Shown: positions 47,213-57,828 of the stretch, in pieces | Layout of the letters: each line of letters opens with the position of its first letter | How positions within the stretch are numbered: position 1 is the first letter of the stretch | Origin: Nitrospirota bacterium | Lineage (GTDB): Bacteria > Nitrospirota > Thermodesulfovibrionia > UBA6902 | Reading direction: 5' to 3' | DNA length: 64,000 nt | NCBI GenBank assembly: GCA_039715075.1 | Contig: JBDLIC010000001.1 | Span: 3,501-67,500 of the forward strand | The notes under the pieces: generated by a model | What the model saw: only the letters and a program-made list of their open reading frames with translations | Databases searched by the model: none | What the model was told of the DNA's origin: nothing | Translations under genes and position numbers: made by a program

Positions 47213-48394
47213 TCAGCCTACGAGCTTCCTTCCCCAAAAGCTCTTTTTCCCATTGCTTCTTTTGCCACCATTAGACAAGTTCATCGCAATATCTTTAATG
47301 GTTTTCGTAATTTCAGCCTTCTCTGCTATATCAGAAAGGACTCTCCCTTTATTTATTGCTGACATGGCTGAATTGTAGTCATTAGGTATCAGCCATGAGA
47401 TTTTTTCCCCGATTCCTTCTTCTGCCTCTTTTGTGGAAATCATGGATTTCTTATGAGAGCGGTTCATAATTATCTTCACCCTGTCTTCCTGAGGATATCC
47501 GAGCTTCCAGAAGGTCTCAAGAAGTCTCTTGACATTTGTAAGGCATGGAAGAGTCGGAATAGATACAAGCAGCACTGTATCGGACAATTCAAGTATCTTC
47601 AGGGAAATCTCATTAAGCGACTGACCGTTATCAATGACTATATAATCGAATTTGCTCCTCATCATTGCCAGGAGCTGTTCGATAATTTCAGGATCAGCAT
47701 AATTTACACCGTTAAAATCAGTTGGGGACGGAAGTACATATACACCTGAAGGATGTTTTGCGAGCACACTCATTAAATATGTCGAATCTAACCGTGATAT
47801 ATTCTTTGCGACCTCTCCCCAGTTAAAAGATGTTTTAATATCCATAAACAGAGGAATTTCCCCGAAGACGAGGTTCATATCTATCAGTGCTACAGACTCA
47901 ACATTTTCCAGTTCATTCAGACTGGCAGCAATATTTACTGCAACAGTAGTGGTGCCCACTCCTCCCTTACCGCCGATAACATTAATGATTTTGCCCTTCT
48001 TTGTTTTATGAGGGACAATTGGGGCATCCTCCATTTGATCTTTAAATTTCAACAGAGAAGCCGTAACATCTTCCCTGTTAAGGGGTTGTGTAAAAAACTC
48101 TTTTGCACCCGCGCGCAGTGCCTCAATTAAAATACCGGAATTTGTGCTGGATGAAGTGAGAAAAACCTCGCTTATTTCACCGGTGGCCTTAAGGGAACGA
48201 AACAGATCGAACTCTCCATTAACATGATCACCCAGTTCCATGATCAAAAGGTCACAGCGCCCCGGATTACCGGAGTTTTTTATCTGATATCCATTTATGG
48301 ATGAAACCAGCTGCTCAAACTCTTCTTTTATTTGCCGGCTTTTTAATTCCAGTCTGACAGAAATATTTTTTTCGTTCATTTTATTTTCCCTCAT
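47213..48394 (-). CDS. cpaE: CpaE/TadZ (receiver-like N-domain plus ParA/MinD-like ATPase)
   Basis: It has a GGKGGVGTTT deviant Walker A motif. Confidence 0.8.
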   Translation of the reverse strand: MRENKMNEKNISVRLELKSRQIKEEFEQLVSSINGYQIKNSGNPGRCDLLIMELGDHVNGEFDLFRSLKATGEISEVFLTSSSTNSGILIEALRAGAKEFFTQPLNREDVTASLLKFKDQMEDAPIVPHKTKKGKIINVIGGKGGVGTTTVAVNIAASLNELENVESVALIDMNLVFGEIPLFMDIKTSFNWGEVAKNISRLDSTYLMSVLAKHPSGVYVLPSPTDFNGVNYADPEIIEQLLAMMRSKFDYIVIDNGQSLNEISLKILELSDTVLLVSIPTLPCLTNVKRLLETFWKLGYPQEDRVKIIMNRSHKKSMISTKEAEEGIGEKISWLIPNDYNSAMSAINKGRVLSDIAEKAEITKTIKDIAMNLSNGGKRSNGKKSFWGRKLVG

Positions 48395-49752
48395 TCCACA
48401 AGCGCCGGGATTTCTGACAGAATCCCGAAGTTTTCACCGCCGCTACGGCCGGTAGGTTCATGGGCCGTACAATCCGGCTGAAAATATAAAGATTTCTTAG
48501 CACATGGGGCTGTACCCCCATCGGCATTTTGCAGGTTAAAATGACTGACAAAACTGTCCCAGCAGGCCTGCAGTTCTGCATCAGTGGCCGCTGAGGGATC
48601 TGATAATCCACAGCTCCAGCCATCCAGCTCCAGAGGAGGCAGGTTTTCACTATTAAAATCACAGGAGCTCTCCCCCGGTCCTGTTATCCATACCAGATTT
48701 ATGTTAACGGCTCCGACTACTTCTTCACAGACACCGATATTGTTTCCCGGACATTCTATTACAGGCAATGTAAGGTTCCACGATGTATCAGGAACGCCGT
48801 CAGGGGTGCCGTCAGGACCGGTTATATCTGTTGCTTCAACCCAGCAGTCTCTCAGCTTTGATAAAACACTTTCTGCTTCTCCTCCCATGGTTGCCATTGG
48901 TTTACCGAGCTGCAGGATATCCATATTTTCGCCGAAACACTTTACAGGGCCGGGAGGATCAATCACTTCTCTTACCTCGTTGGCATTTGTACCTCCAAGA
49001 CACGGATCAGAATCACCGGACTCCCGCTGCTGGGCATAGCTGGTCCACGCGGCTGTGTTATTAGTTTGCACATCCTGTCCGCTGTTGATCATTCTGCCGA
49101 TATTGCAGCTGTATGCATCGTCTATGAGAATACTTTCTTTACAAATGGTAATAGGCATTTCCGCATCTCCCGGATTCAATGTTCCGGCAAAACCTATGTA
49201 AGCCACTGCGTCGGCGCTTAACGTGAAACTGTCTTTACCAAATATAGTGGCCAGGAATGATGCTGCCGGGGTATCTTCTCTTCTGGTTGTTACCTTTACG
49301 GCATTAATAAAACCAGGATTTTCGTCCAATTGCTGTGTAGTAAGATCCCAGAGATTGAAAGTAGCTGTTGAAGGGTTTGCTTCAAACGTTTTTGTAGTAA
49401 AACTCCAGTGCCCCCTCTGCACATCACCATCCTGGAGGCCATGAACATCAACGGATACATTCTCGCTTTTATTCAGGAGAGCCGCATCAAAAGCAGTCTG
49501 ATTGGAGCTCTCATTTATCATTGATCCGTCATCGTTATAAAGAACGCGGGCTCCGGCAAGTGCAGCTGCATCAGATGCATTCTGGAGTTCATTCTTTACA
49601 ACAAAAAGGTGACTGAGATCAATTGCAAGGGCGGCGAAGCTCATCAACATTATCATTGAAATGCCGACAATAATGGCTACTGCTCCGGAATTGTCCCGCA
49701 ATCCTCTGCTTAAAATCAAATTAATTATTTTGTTATTAATAGAGTTCATCAT
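48391..49752 (-). CDS. tadG: TadG-like pilus assembly protein
   Basis: It has a TadE/G-like N-terminal TM region (SGAVAIIVGISMIMLMSFAALAIDLS). The product is 453 aa. Confidence 0.65.
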   Translation of the reverse strand: MMNSINNKIINLILSRGLRDNSGAVAIIVGISMIMLMSFAALAIDLSHLFVVKNELQNASDAAALAGARVLYNDDGSMINESSNQTAFDAALLNKSENVSVDVHGLQDGDVQRGHWSFTTKTFEANPSTATFNLWDLTTQQLDENPGFINAVKVTTRREDTPAASFLATIFGKDSFTLSADAVAYIGFAGTLNPGDAEMPITICKESILIDDAYSCNIGRMINSGQDVQTNNTAAWTSYAQQRESGDSDPCLGGTNANEVREVIDPPGPVKCFGENMDILQLGKPMATMGGEAESVLSKLRDCWVEATDITGPDGTPDGVPDTSWNLTLPVIECPGNNIGVCEEVVGAVNINLVWITGPGESSCDFNSENLPPLELDGWSCGLSDPSAATDAELQACWDSFVSHFNLQNADGGTAPCAKKSLYFQPDCTAHEPTGRSGGENFGILSEIPALVE

Positions 49753-50174
49753 TACTCCATTTTCATTACTGTTGTCGCGTCAAGCGTAACAGGGCCTGTA
49801 ATTCCAGCAACAAAACCGGGAAGAACATAATAGTCATAAATATATGTAACGGTAACTGAAAGATTATTCCCTGTTGAGAATCCATCCCTGGTAATAGCTA
49901 CAACAGGTGTATTTGCAGTTCCCAGGGTTATAAGTTTATCTGTCAGGAAGTAATTAATTACATTTTCAATTTCAGCATTTTCTGCTGCATCTTCTCTCGT
50001 ACCCGCCTTTAAGACAATCCCTGCCCTGGCGCCTTCCCTGCTGGCATTTGTGATCATTGCCTTGTCGTAAAAGGCGATGCTGAATTCGATGATCCCGAAA
50101 AGGACCATCATAAGCAGCGGTAAAACAATTGCAAACTCAACAGCAGACGCGCCTTCCTGATCTTTAAGTTTCAT
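49752..50174 (-). CDS. tadE: TadE-like pseudopilin
   Basis: It has a GASAVEFAIVLPLLMMVLFGIIEF N-terminal motif. Confidence 0.75.
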   Translation of the reverse strand: MKLKDQEGASAVEFAIVLPLLMMVLFGIIEFSIAFYDKAMITNASREGARAGIVLKAGTREDAAENAEIENVINYFLTDKLITLGTANTPVVAITRDGFSTGNNLSVTVTYIYDYYVLPGFVAGITGPVTLDATTVMKME

Positions 50175-50186
50175 AATTTCATTCTC

Positions 50187-50492
50187 CTACTTTTTACCTG
50201 CCCCACCAATGGAAAACGAGTACACAGGATCCTTTTGAGGTGATGCAAATTTTTTCAGGTACTTGTCAACAGATTTTTGTGCTGCCCTTCCGTTAAAACC
50301 TTCAACCGGCGCCAGGTTTTTCTCTGCATCAGGATTTAATATCTGGTTGAATTTCTGAAGTTTATACGATGTCCCGAAGTCCGTCTCTAATCTGCTCTTT
50401 TTCTGTTCAGCCGCGACAACGGAAACAGAAAGCATTAATAATATAAACCCTGTTAAAACAGCAATTCTGTATATCATCTTATCCTCCTTCAT
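50187..50492 (-). CDS. small secreted hypothetical protein
   Basis: A 101-aa ORF with a signal peptide. Confidence 0.45.
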   Translation of the reverse strand: MKEDKMIYRIAVLTGFILLMLSVSVVAAEQKKSRLETDFGTSYKLQKFNQILNPDAEKNLAPVEGFNGRAAQKSVDKYLKKFASPQKDPVYSFSIGGAGKK

Positions 50493-50494
50493 TT

Positions 50495-51958
50495 CTATTC
50501 TGGTGTTATATGACCGAATTCTCCCTCTAATCCTCCTTTTTTTGCAGCATCTTCTTTTGTGGTTTTTGCGGGAGAGGCAGAAACCGGAGTTACCCTCTTC
50601 TCTTTTCCTTCAAGCTTTCCGCCCAGATAGAATTCAATATCATCCGGCTCGATAAATTCGTCTGTTGGAAGTGTCTGCTTTGCCATTTCAAGAGGTTTCA
50701 CCAGATGTGGCGTAACTATAATGATCAATTCTGTCTCGTTTTTCTGGAAGGAAGTGCTCCTGAACAGGGCGCCGATAACAGGAATATCACCCAAAAAAGG
50801 AAATTTATGGGCAATCTCCCTGACATTATCCTTGAGAAGTCCGGCTATCGCAAAGCTCTGGCCGTCAGCGAGCTCAATCATTGTAGACACCCGCCTTGTA
50901 GTTATGCTCGGAATAACGAAACCACCAAGGGTGACAGCGTTTGTAAAGTCAAGTTCAGACACTTCCGGCGCAACCTGCAGATTTATTTTTCCACCGCTCA
51001 ATACTGTGGGGGTAAATTTCAGCCCAACACCAAACTTCTTGTAATCAATTGTTGTTCTACCGAGTTCCTGGGGGACCGGTATCGGGAATTCACCTCCGGC
51101 AAGAAACTCGGCCTGCTGTCCGCTTAAAGCAATAAGTGTAGGTTCAGCAAGGACCTTTACCAACCCTTCTTCTTTTAAGGCATCGATTATGCCTGTCCAA
51201 GCAGTATTTTCGGAAGTAAAAGCAAAAAGATAATTTACCGGATCAGATATTGCTAATGCATTTCCAGGCCAGCCCTCCTGAGGCAATGAAGTAAGGTTGT
51301 TCAGCATTGATATTCCTATATTGCTGCCGGAGCTGCTTATATAATTGAAATTAACACCCATCCTCCTTGAAAGGTCTCTGGAAATTTCTGCTACTCTGAC
51401 CTCAAGCATAACCTGATGCACACCCCTGACCTGCAGTAAATTGATAATTTTTTCAGGCGCATAGGCCTCTGCCAGGGCAAGTATTTGCGAGACATTCAGA
51501 TCACTTGATACAGTGCCGGAAAGTACGATGCTGTCATGCGTATTGGTAACATGGATATCACTTTCCTCCGGAAAGATCTCGTAAATTTTTTCTTTCAGAC
51601 CGACAATGTCCGGAGTAATCTCAAGTTCGAATATGGCGTGAATCTTGCTGTCAACCCACAAAGTAAGACTTGTCTTCCCGATCGATTTTCCTGTCAGATA
51701 AACCTCTTTGGGAGTCAGGACCAGAGCATCGGCTACTTCAGTATCAACTATTGAAATTCGTTTTACAGGCATGGGACTTTCAAGAATGACCGATTTCCCT
51801 TTTGTAAGGAAAATTTTTTGAGGGTTAGAGGTATCAACTGTTATCCTTGTAGAAACCTCTCCCCAGCTTTTGGCGTGGAGGAGAACAATAAGGATAAAGA
51901 TTATTAAAAAAATTGATTTGCTCCCTGCTGTTGAAAAAGCACTGATTTTCTTAGTCAT
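50495..51958 (-). CDS. cpaC: CpaC/RcpA secretin
   Basis: It has a secretin C-domain and a BON-like N-domain. Confidence 0.85.
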   Translation of the reverse strand: MTKKISAFSTAGSKSIFLIIFILIVLLHAKSWGEVSTRITVDTSNPQKIFLTKGKSVILESPMPVKRISIVDTEVADALVLTPKEVYLTGKSIGKTSLTLWVDSKIHAIFELEITPDIVGLKEKIYEIFPEESDIHVTNTHDSIVLSGTVSSDLNVSQILALAEAYAPEKIINLLQVRGVHQVMLEVRVAEISRDLSRRMGVNFNYISSSGSNIGISMLNNLTSLPQEGWPGNALAISDPVNYLFAFTSENTAWTGIIDALKEEGLVKVLAEPTLIALSGQQAEFLAGGEFPIPVPQELGRTTIDYKKFGVGLKFTPTVLSGGKINLQVAPEVSELDFTNAVTLGGFVIPSITTRRVSTMIELADGQSFAIAGLLKDNVREIAHKFPFLGDIPVIGALFRSTSFQKNETELIIIVTPHLVKPLEMAKQTLPTDEFIEPDDIEFYLGGKLEGKEKRVTPVSASPAKTTKEDAAKKGGLEGEFGHITPE

Positions 51959-51961
51959 AGA

Positions 51962-52789
51962 TTACCTCCTCCTAATTCTCACGCTGCTAACATCGGTTCC
52001 CTTGATCATCTCAACGGTATAGCTATTACTCTTACTCTTCTTGTATGTCCTTTTCTTCTTGGCTTTGGAATATGATGCCAGCAGGGTATTTCTGGTAGAA
52101 CCGCTCGTTAAAACATCATCTGTATCAGTAAAATTCCTCATGGCCAGCTGAATCTTGCCCTCAGTTGCTGCATGGGCCAGCTTTTCTGCTTCAATGGGGT
52201 CTACCTCAAGTGTAATTACATCTACCTTTACGGACTTTTTCCCTTTACTGTCCTTTTCAACCTTCGTACCGGCAGCGAGCACATGTATATTTTCAAGAAC
52301 AGTCTTGGTAACAGGATCTTGCTTATCATGCTTTCTCAGAGTCACGAGTACATCAACCCTGTTCCCCGGATGAATAAAGCCTGAAACACCGATAACTTTA
52401 TCAACTTTCACACCCATTGCGCGCTTGTTGGGGCTGATGACTGCTGCCACTCCACCAGCGGTAACGCTCGTTGGAGCAAGGCTGGATTCAAAAACCGGTT
52501 CTTTAGCCTTTATCGGGGTGATTACAACTCGACCCTCTAAAGATGATTTTTCAGTGAAGTGGCCATCAGGCAGCGTATCCTTAAGATAGGGCACCAGTTC
52601 TACCATGTCTTCGGTCAGAACATCTCCCCAGGTTACATCCATTTTTGCTATAGCCACATTCTGGGTTTGTAAAGGTTTTGTCATGTCCGCCTCAGCCTTT
52701 TTTTGCAACCAGTCATATGTAATGATGCTGGTTACCAGTGCAAGGATAAAGCCTAAAGCAAGCAATATAATTGGTTTATACTTTCCCAT
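51962..52789 (-). CDS. cpaB: Flp pilus assembly protein CpaB
   Basis: It has an N-terminal TM helix, a SAF domain and an RcpC-like region. Confidence 0.75.
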   Translation of the reverse strand: MGKYKPIILLALGFILALVTSIITYDWLQKKAEADMTKPLQTQNVAIAKMDVTWGDVLTEDMVELVPYLKDTLPDGHFTEKSSLEGRVVITPIKAKEPVFESSLAPTSVTAGGVAAVISPNKRAMGVKVDKVIGVSGFIHPGNRVDVLVTLRKHDKQDPVTKTVLENIHVLAAGTKVEKDSKGKKSVKVDVITLEVDPIEAEKLAHAATEGKIQLAMRNFTDTDDVLTSGSTRNTLLASYSKAKKKRTYKKSKSNSYTVEMIKGTDVSSVRIRRR

Positions 52790-52810
52790 TTCATACCTCC
52801 AATCTTTTAT

Positions 52811-53347
52811 TTATATAAAACTTTTCAATAAAAAAGTTAACAACGTTCCCATTGCAATAGGAACTCCATAACATAAACGGAGTTTACTTTCTTTGTTCGA
52901 AGCAGATACATATACAATTTTCCGGGTTAATATATAAGACTTAAACATGGTTCCGTACCTTTTAAGTGTTCCCCTGAGATGTCCGTGATATGCAAGAATT
53001 ATCAATGAATATATGCCGCCTGTAAAAGCAGTAAAAATAAAAGCAATGAATACACCCTTGGGACCGAGAAATCCGCCCACAGCGCCCATCAGTTTTACGT
53101 CACCTGCCCCCATGCCGCCAAAAAGATGAAAAGCAATAAATACAGCCATTCCCAGACCGATACCTTCAATACTGAACAAGAAGCCTTCCAGTCCACTGAA
53201 CCAGCTGTTATAAGCAATTGCCACAACCATGGCAGGAAACGTAAGAATGTTAGGGATCTTTTGAAATCTCAGGTCATTTACAACAGCAATAATTAATATA
53301 GTTGTCAATAACATTAATATATTTGTATCTGCAAAAATCATATTCAT
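52811..53347 (-). CDS. cpaA: A24-family prepilin peptidase (CpaA/TadV)
   Basis: The product is a 178-aa polytopic membrane protein. Confidence 0.7.
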   Translation of the reverse strand: MNMIFADTNILMLLTTILIIAVVNDLRFQKIPNILTFPAMVVAIAYNSWFSGLEGFLFSIEGIGLGMAVFIAFHLFGGMGAGDVKLMGAVGGFLGPKGVFIAFIFTAFTGGIYSLIILAYHGHLRGTLKRYGTMFKSYILTRKIVYVSASNKESKLRLCYGVPIAMGTLLTFLLKSFI

Positions 53348-53476
53348 AATAACCTTCTTAAATGTTGCTTAAAAAAATTTACTCACTTTAATAATGTAAG
53401 GTCAAACATTCAGCCAATTACATATCAAATTGGCTTTGCATCCCCTGTCTCCAAATGAGACAGGGGATGCACAGAG

Positions 53477-53650
53477 TCACGATGCCGGTGTCAGTGCAGT
53501 ATCAACTGCGTTAAATGCTCCAAGAACGCTATCGCCAACCGAGAAAACAACAGCAACAATAATTGCAGCAATTGCTGCTACCATTATGCCGTACTCAACA
53601 GCGGTAGCACCTTCTTCATCCTTAAAGAACCTTATCATCTTTTTCATCAT
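53477..53650 (-). CDS. flp: Flp/Fap pilin
   Basis: The translation MMKKMIRFFKDEEGATAVEYGIMVAAIAAIIVAVVF… has the G/ATAVEY processing motif. It starts at ATGATG after an AAAGGAG RBS. Confidence 0.8.
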   Translation of the reverse strand: MMKKMIRFFKDEEGATAVEYGIMVAAIAAIIVAVVFSVGDSVLGAFNAVDTALTPAS

Positions 53651-54141
53651 CTCAATCTCCTTTCTAATGTAATTAAACATCTCAAAATGAGATGGTAAAT
53701 AAACATTACCTTATGTTTGCAGGATCATGAGATGGCCTCATGAATCCTGAAAATGCCCCTAAACTTTTAAAAAATGCTTATACTATCTTTTTGGGAGTGT
53801 CACTTTATTTAACACTATGTAAATTATAACAACAGTTTTGTGGAAATGTCAAGCTTTTTTTACACTTGATGTAAAAATAAATTACATTTTTAAACTGTAA
53901 ATTTCTATTGACACTAAGTGTATTATTATTTTACACTATAAGATTGTCTTTTATTTAACTTAAAAATTTCTTCAGATTACCCCTGTATGCCATTCTTTTC
54001 GCTTTTCTTCTGCTCTGCAAAAACCTCTTACACATTACGTGTTTCCTGCTCAATAAATATATTGATTGTGCCGAATGTATAAGGAAAGATATATGTAATG
54101 ATTTCAAGACACGACTTACTACATGCTATGAAGGTTATGCA

Positions 54142-55869
54142 ATGAAAAAGAGACTAACTTTTTTAATGGTTCTTTATGTTTTCTTTTTTCTATTTTTCTG
54201 GTTGTCTGCTTTACCGGTCGAATCAATCTCAGATGATGCTGTTCCATCATCTGAAGTTAGTGAACTTATAAGATCACATATTTTTTCATCTGGCACGCCG
54301 CCAACATATTCGTTCAATGGCAGTCCCATACATTCTCCCGAAATGCTGAGACGTTTTTATAAAACCAGGAATTTCCGGTCAGCATGGATTGTAAATACAA
54401 AGTCCTTTGAGCAGGCACAAATTTTTGTGAACATATTAGAAGATGTTGAGAGCCATGGACTGATCCCTGAATACTATCATATTGATGTAATAAAAAATCT
54501 TATGAAATATTTTAAAGTCACGTTAAATACTGCCAGCTTAAATCCGAGTGGACTAGCTGAACTTGATGTACTCCTGACAGACTCATTTTTAACACTGGGG
54601 TGTCACTTTTCAGGTGGATGTGTTGCTCCCCTGATTGCAGAAACTGAATGGCATACAAACCGAAATCAGATAGATATTGATAAAATTTTAGAAACTGCTT
54701 TATTGGAGAATACTATCAGGACATCTCTTGAAAAACTCCTGCCCCTGCAGGACAGCTATGCGGGGCTGAGGAAAAGCCTCCAGCGTTACAGAAAAATAGA
54801 AGCTAATGGAGGATGGCCAAAAGTCCGGGGCAACAATCTATTAAAAAGAGGGGGCAGGGAAATTAAAGTCAGTGCTTTAGGGAAGCGCCTTACTCTCTCT
54901 GGCGATCTGGAACAGGAAATGAAAGGAGATCACGCTGTTTTTGATGAAGCGCTTGAACATGCAGTAATCCAATTTCAGAGGCGGCACGGATTAAACGCTG
55001 ACGGGATAGTCGGGGCTATGACTATAGAGGCTATCAATGTACCTGTAGAAAACAGAATCAGGCAAATGGAACTTAACCTGGAGAGAATGCGCTGGACATC
55101 GAGAAACCTCGGACATCGCTATATAATGGTAAATATAGCAGCCTTTAAATTAGACGTAATAGAAAACGGTGCCACAATAATGTCAATGGATGTAATTGTT
55201 GGGAAGCCTTTCTGGCATACACCAGTGCTGAGCGAGACGATGAGTTATATTGTGCTTAATCCTTCATGGAATATTCCTGACAGTATTGCACTGGAAGAAG
55301 TTCTGCCACAAGTAAAAGAAGATCCGGATTATCTGAATAAGCGAAACATAAAAATCATGAGCAACTGGTCGCATAATGCAACAGAGGTAAACCCGCAAAC
55401 TGTAAGATGGTTTGATATCACTGAAGATGATTTCAACTACAAACTCATTCAGGAACCCGGTTCATCAAATCCTCTGGGCAATATAAAATTCATCTTCCCA
55501 AATAAATATAATGTTTACCTGCATGACACTTCAGGCAAGGGACTTTTTTCCAGAAATGTCCGCTCCTTCAGCCACGGATGCATTCGTATCGAAAAACCCC
55601 TGGACCTGGCTGAGTACTTGTTGTCGGATAATCCTGTTTGGTCTCGTAAGAAAATTTTGAAATCCATTGAAACCAGTAAGACACAATTTGTGCATCTTTC
55701 TAAACCCATGCGCATCCATCTTCTATATCTGACATCCTGGGTTGATGAACAAGGCACCCTGCAGTTCAGGAATGATATCTACGGCAGAGATGAAAAACTC
55801 TATATGGCACTATTAAAAAGACCGGCCAGACTCACAAATGCCAGCAAATTAACATTTACTCTCCACTGA
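54142..55869 (+). CDS. murein L,D-transpeptidase (YcbB/LdtD-like, with a PG-binding domain)
   Basis: It has a YkuD catalytic HGCIRI motif, a PG_binding_1 domain and a signal peptide. Confidence 0.8.
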   Translation: MKKRLTFLMVLYVFFFLFFWLSALPVESISDDAVPSSEVSELIRSHIFSSGTPPTYSFNGSPIHSPEMLRRFYKTRNFRSAWIVNTKSFEQAQIFVNILEDVESHGLIPEYYHIDVIKNLMKYFKVTLNTASLNPSGLAELDVLLTDSFLTLGCHFSGGCVAPLIAETEWHTNRNQIDIDKILETALLENTIRTSLEKLLPLQDSYAGLRKSLQRYRKIEANGGWPKVRGNNLLKRGGREIKVSALGKRLTLSGDLEQEMKGDHAVFDEALEHAVIQFQRRHGLNADGIVGAMTIEAINVPVENRIRQMELNLERMRWTSRNLGHRYIMVNIAAFKLDVIENGATIMSMDVIVGKPFWHTPVLSETMSYIVLNPSWNIPDSIALEEVLPQVKEDPDYLNKRNIKIMSNWSHNATEVNPQTVRWFDITEDDFNYKLIQEPGSSNPLGNIKFIFPNKYNVYLHDTSGKGLFSRNVRSFSHGCIRIEKPLDLAEYLLSDNPVWSRKKILKSIETSKTQFVHLSKPMRIHLLYLTSWVDEQGTLQFRNDIYGRDEKLYMALLKRPARLTNASKLTFTLH

Positions 55870-55927
55870 TAACTACAGTATTTTTTAAAAAAATTTATTC
55901 CCCGGTTTAGTAATATTTCCATAAAGT

Positions 55928-57514
55928 TCAGTCAATCCAGCTTAGAGTTTTCCCCTTCTCACACGCTGTATGCTTCTGCCATTTTTCCCCTCTCTCTTTG
56001 AAATCAGAACGAAAGTGGGCCCCTGCACTCCCCTTTCTCAGAAGAGCTGCGTCGGTCATCAGTCCTGCAACGGTTATCATATTTTTCAGCTCAGACTCCC
56101 TTCTGCTCTGAAACTGGATATCCAGAATGTAACTCTTGTTCTTAAGCCATTGTTTTGCTGATTGAAGCGACTCGTCACACCTTATTATTCCGACCCTGCT
56201 CCACATTAACTGTCTAAGTGAACTTATTATCTTTTCTGAATCAAAGGGGCTTTTATTACCCATTTCACCTGCTGCCGGCTTCAGGTCCGATAAATCAGGT
56301 CTGTTTTCCTGATTGCTGATTCCGGCTGCATATTTCACCGCCCCCTTACCAGTTCTTGCACCAAAGACAAGGCATTCAAGAAGACTGTTTGAAGCAAGCC
56401 GGTTTGCGCCATGTACCCCTGTGCATGCAACCTCTCCCGCGGCAAAAAGGCCCTTAATACTGGTTTCACCATCAAGGTCCGTGCTTACCCCCCCCATGAT
56501 ATAATGCGCAGCAGGGCAGACAGGCACTTTGTCTTCAGTTATATCGATATCATACTGAAGACATGTCGCGTAGATTAATGGAAAGCGCTTTCTTACAAAA
56601 ACCTTATCCATTTGTGTAAGGTCAAGATAAATATTTGTTGATTCCGTTTTTACCATTTCGGAGACGATTGCCCTGGTCACAATATCCCTTGGAGCCAGTT
56701 CAGCCATCTCGTGATATTCATGCATAAAACGTTTTCCATAAATATTATTAAGGACAGCACCTTCCCCTCTCATTGCTTCGCTCAGGAGAAACTGGGGAGC
56801 CCCGGGAGAGTAAAGGGTCGTGGGGTGAAACTGCATAAACTCCATGTCAACTATCAATGCCCCGGCCCTGTATGCGATAGCAATTCCGTCACCAGTTGAA
56901 ATTAACGGGTTTGTTGTCCTGGAAAAGAGCCGGCCGGCCCCTCCGGTCGCAAGTATTACCGCCTTTGCGAATATGTTGACGATTGAGCCTCCCCTCAGTA
57001 CAGTTGCGCCTATACACCGGTTGTCCCGGATAATCAGATCAAGGGTAAATGCATAATCATATCTGGTAATGGAATTAAACGATCGTGCCTTATTAACCAA
57101 CACACGTTCGATTTCCCTGCCTGTTGAATCACCATGGGAATGGAGGATCCTTCTGCGTGTATGGGCTGCTTCTCTTGTGAATGAAAGCCCGCTTCCCTCT
57201 CTATCAAAATCTGCGCCCCATGACATAAGTTCGATCAAATAAGCAGGGCCTTCTTCAACCATCATTCCCACCGCATCATTGTTGCACAGTCCATCACCGG
57301 CTTTTATGGTGTCATCATAATGAATGCTGACCTCGTCTTCATCACTCATGGCAACGGCAATGCCCCCCTGTGCATACCCTGTACTGCTCTCTGTAGCCTT
57401 GTCTTTAGTCAGGACAAGCACACTACCCTTCGACGCAAGCTCAATCCCGGCCCTTAAGCCTGCAACTCCGCCGCCTATTACAAGAAAATCAAAGGATTCA
57501 TTCGAAATATTCAT
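55928..57514 (-). CDS. nadB: L-aspartate oxidase
   Basis: It has a VIGGGVAGL FAD-binding motif and a fumarate-reductase-like fold. Confidence 0.85.
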   Translation of the reverse strand: MNISNESFDFLVIGGGVAGLRAGIELASKGSVLVLTKDKATESSTGYAQGGIAVAMSDEDEVSIHYDDTIKAGDGLCNNDAVGMMVEEGPAYLIELMSWGADFDREGSGLSFTREAAHTRRRILHSHGDSTGREIERVLVNKARSFNSITRYDYAFTLDLIIRDNRCIGATVLRGGSIVNIFAKAVILATGGAGRLFSRTTNPLISTGDGIAIAYRAGALIVDMEFMQFHPTTLYSPGAPQFLLSEAMRGEGAVLNNIYGKRFMHEYHEMAELAPRDIVTRAIVSEMVKTESTNIYLDLTQMDKVFVRKRFPLIYATCLQYDIDITEDKVPVCPAAHYIMGGVSTDLDGETSIKGLFAAGEVACTGVHGANRLASNSLLECLVFGARTGKGAVKYAAGISNQENRPDLSDLKPAAGEMGNKSPFDSEKIISSLRQLMWSRVGIIRCDESLQSAKQWLKNKSYILDIQFQSRRESELKNMITVAGLMTDAALLRKGSAGAHFRSDFKERGEKWQKHTACEKGKTLSWID

Positions 57515-57561
57515 GATTGTAAAAATATATAAGTATTTGCACAGTTAAGTCAATTATATAA

Positions 57562-57756
57562 ATATCAGCCTACTACTCGCACCTGATAAAATTAGGCAGC
57601 GCCGAAGGTTCACTTGGCCTGGCAAGGATTTATGAAAAACAGGACATGAAAGAAGAAGCGCTGCAGCTCTATAAACATATATATGCGCTTGATTCAGTTG
57701 ACAGCAGTACAAAATTTAAGGCAAAGCAGAGGATTTACATTTTGTTGAATGCGGTA
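57562..57756 (+). pseudogene. TPR-protein C-terminal remnant (no start)
   Basis: The open frame reads …LGLARIYEKQDMKEEALQLYKHIYALDS… It runs from an in-frame stop and has no start codon. Confidence 0.35.
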
Positions 57757-57758
57757 CG

Positions 57759-57828
57759 GTAGGGGCAACCCTTGCGGTTGCCCTTTGACATCTGCAAGCC
57801 GGGCAGCCGCAAGGGCTGCCCCTACATT
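57759..57828. repeat. REP-like repeat family B, inverted dimer
   Basis: The sequence reads gtaggggcaacccttgcggttgccc…gggcagccgcaagggctgcccctac. Confidence 0.65.
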
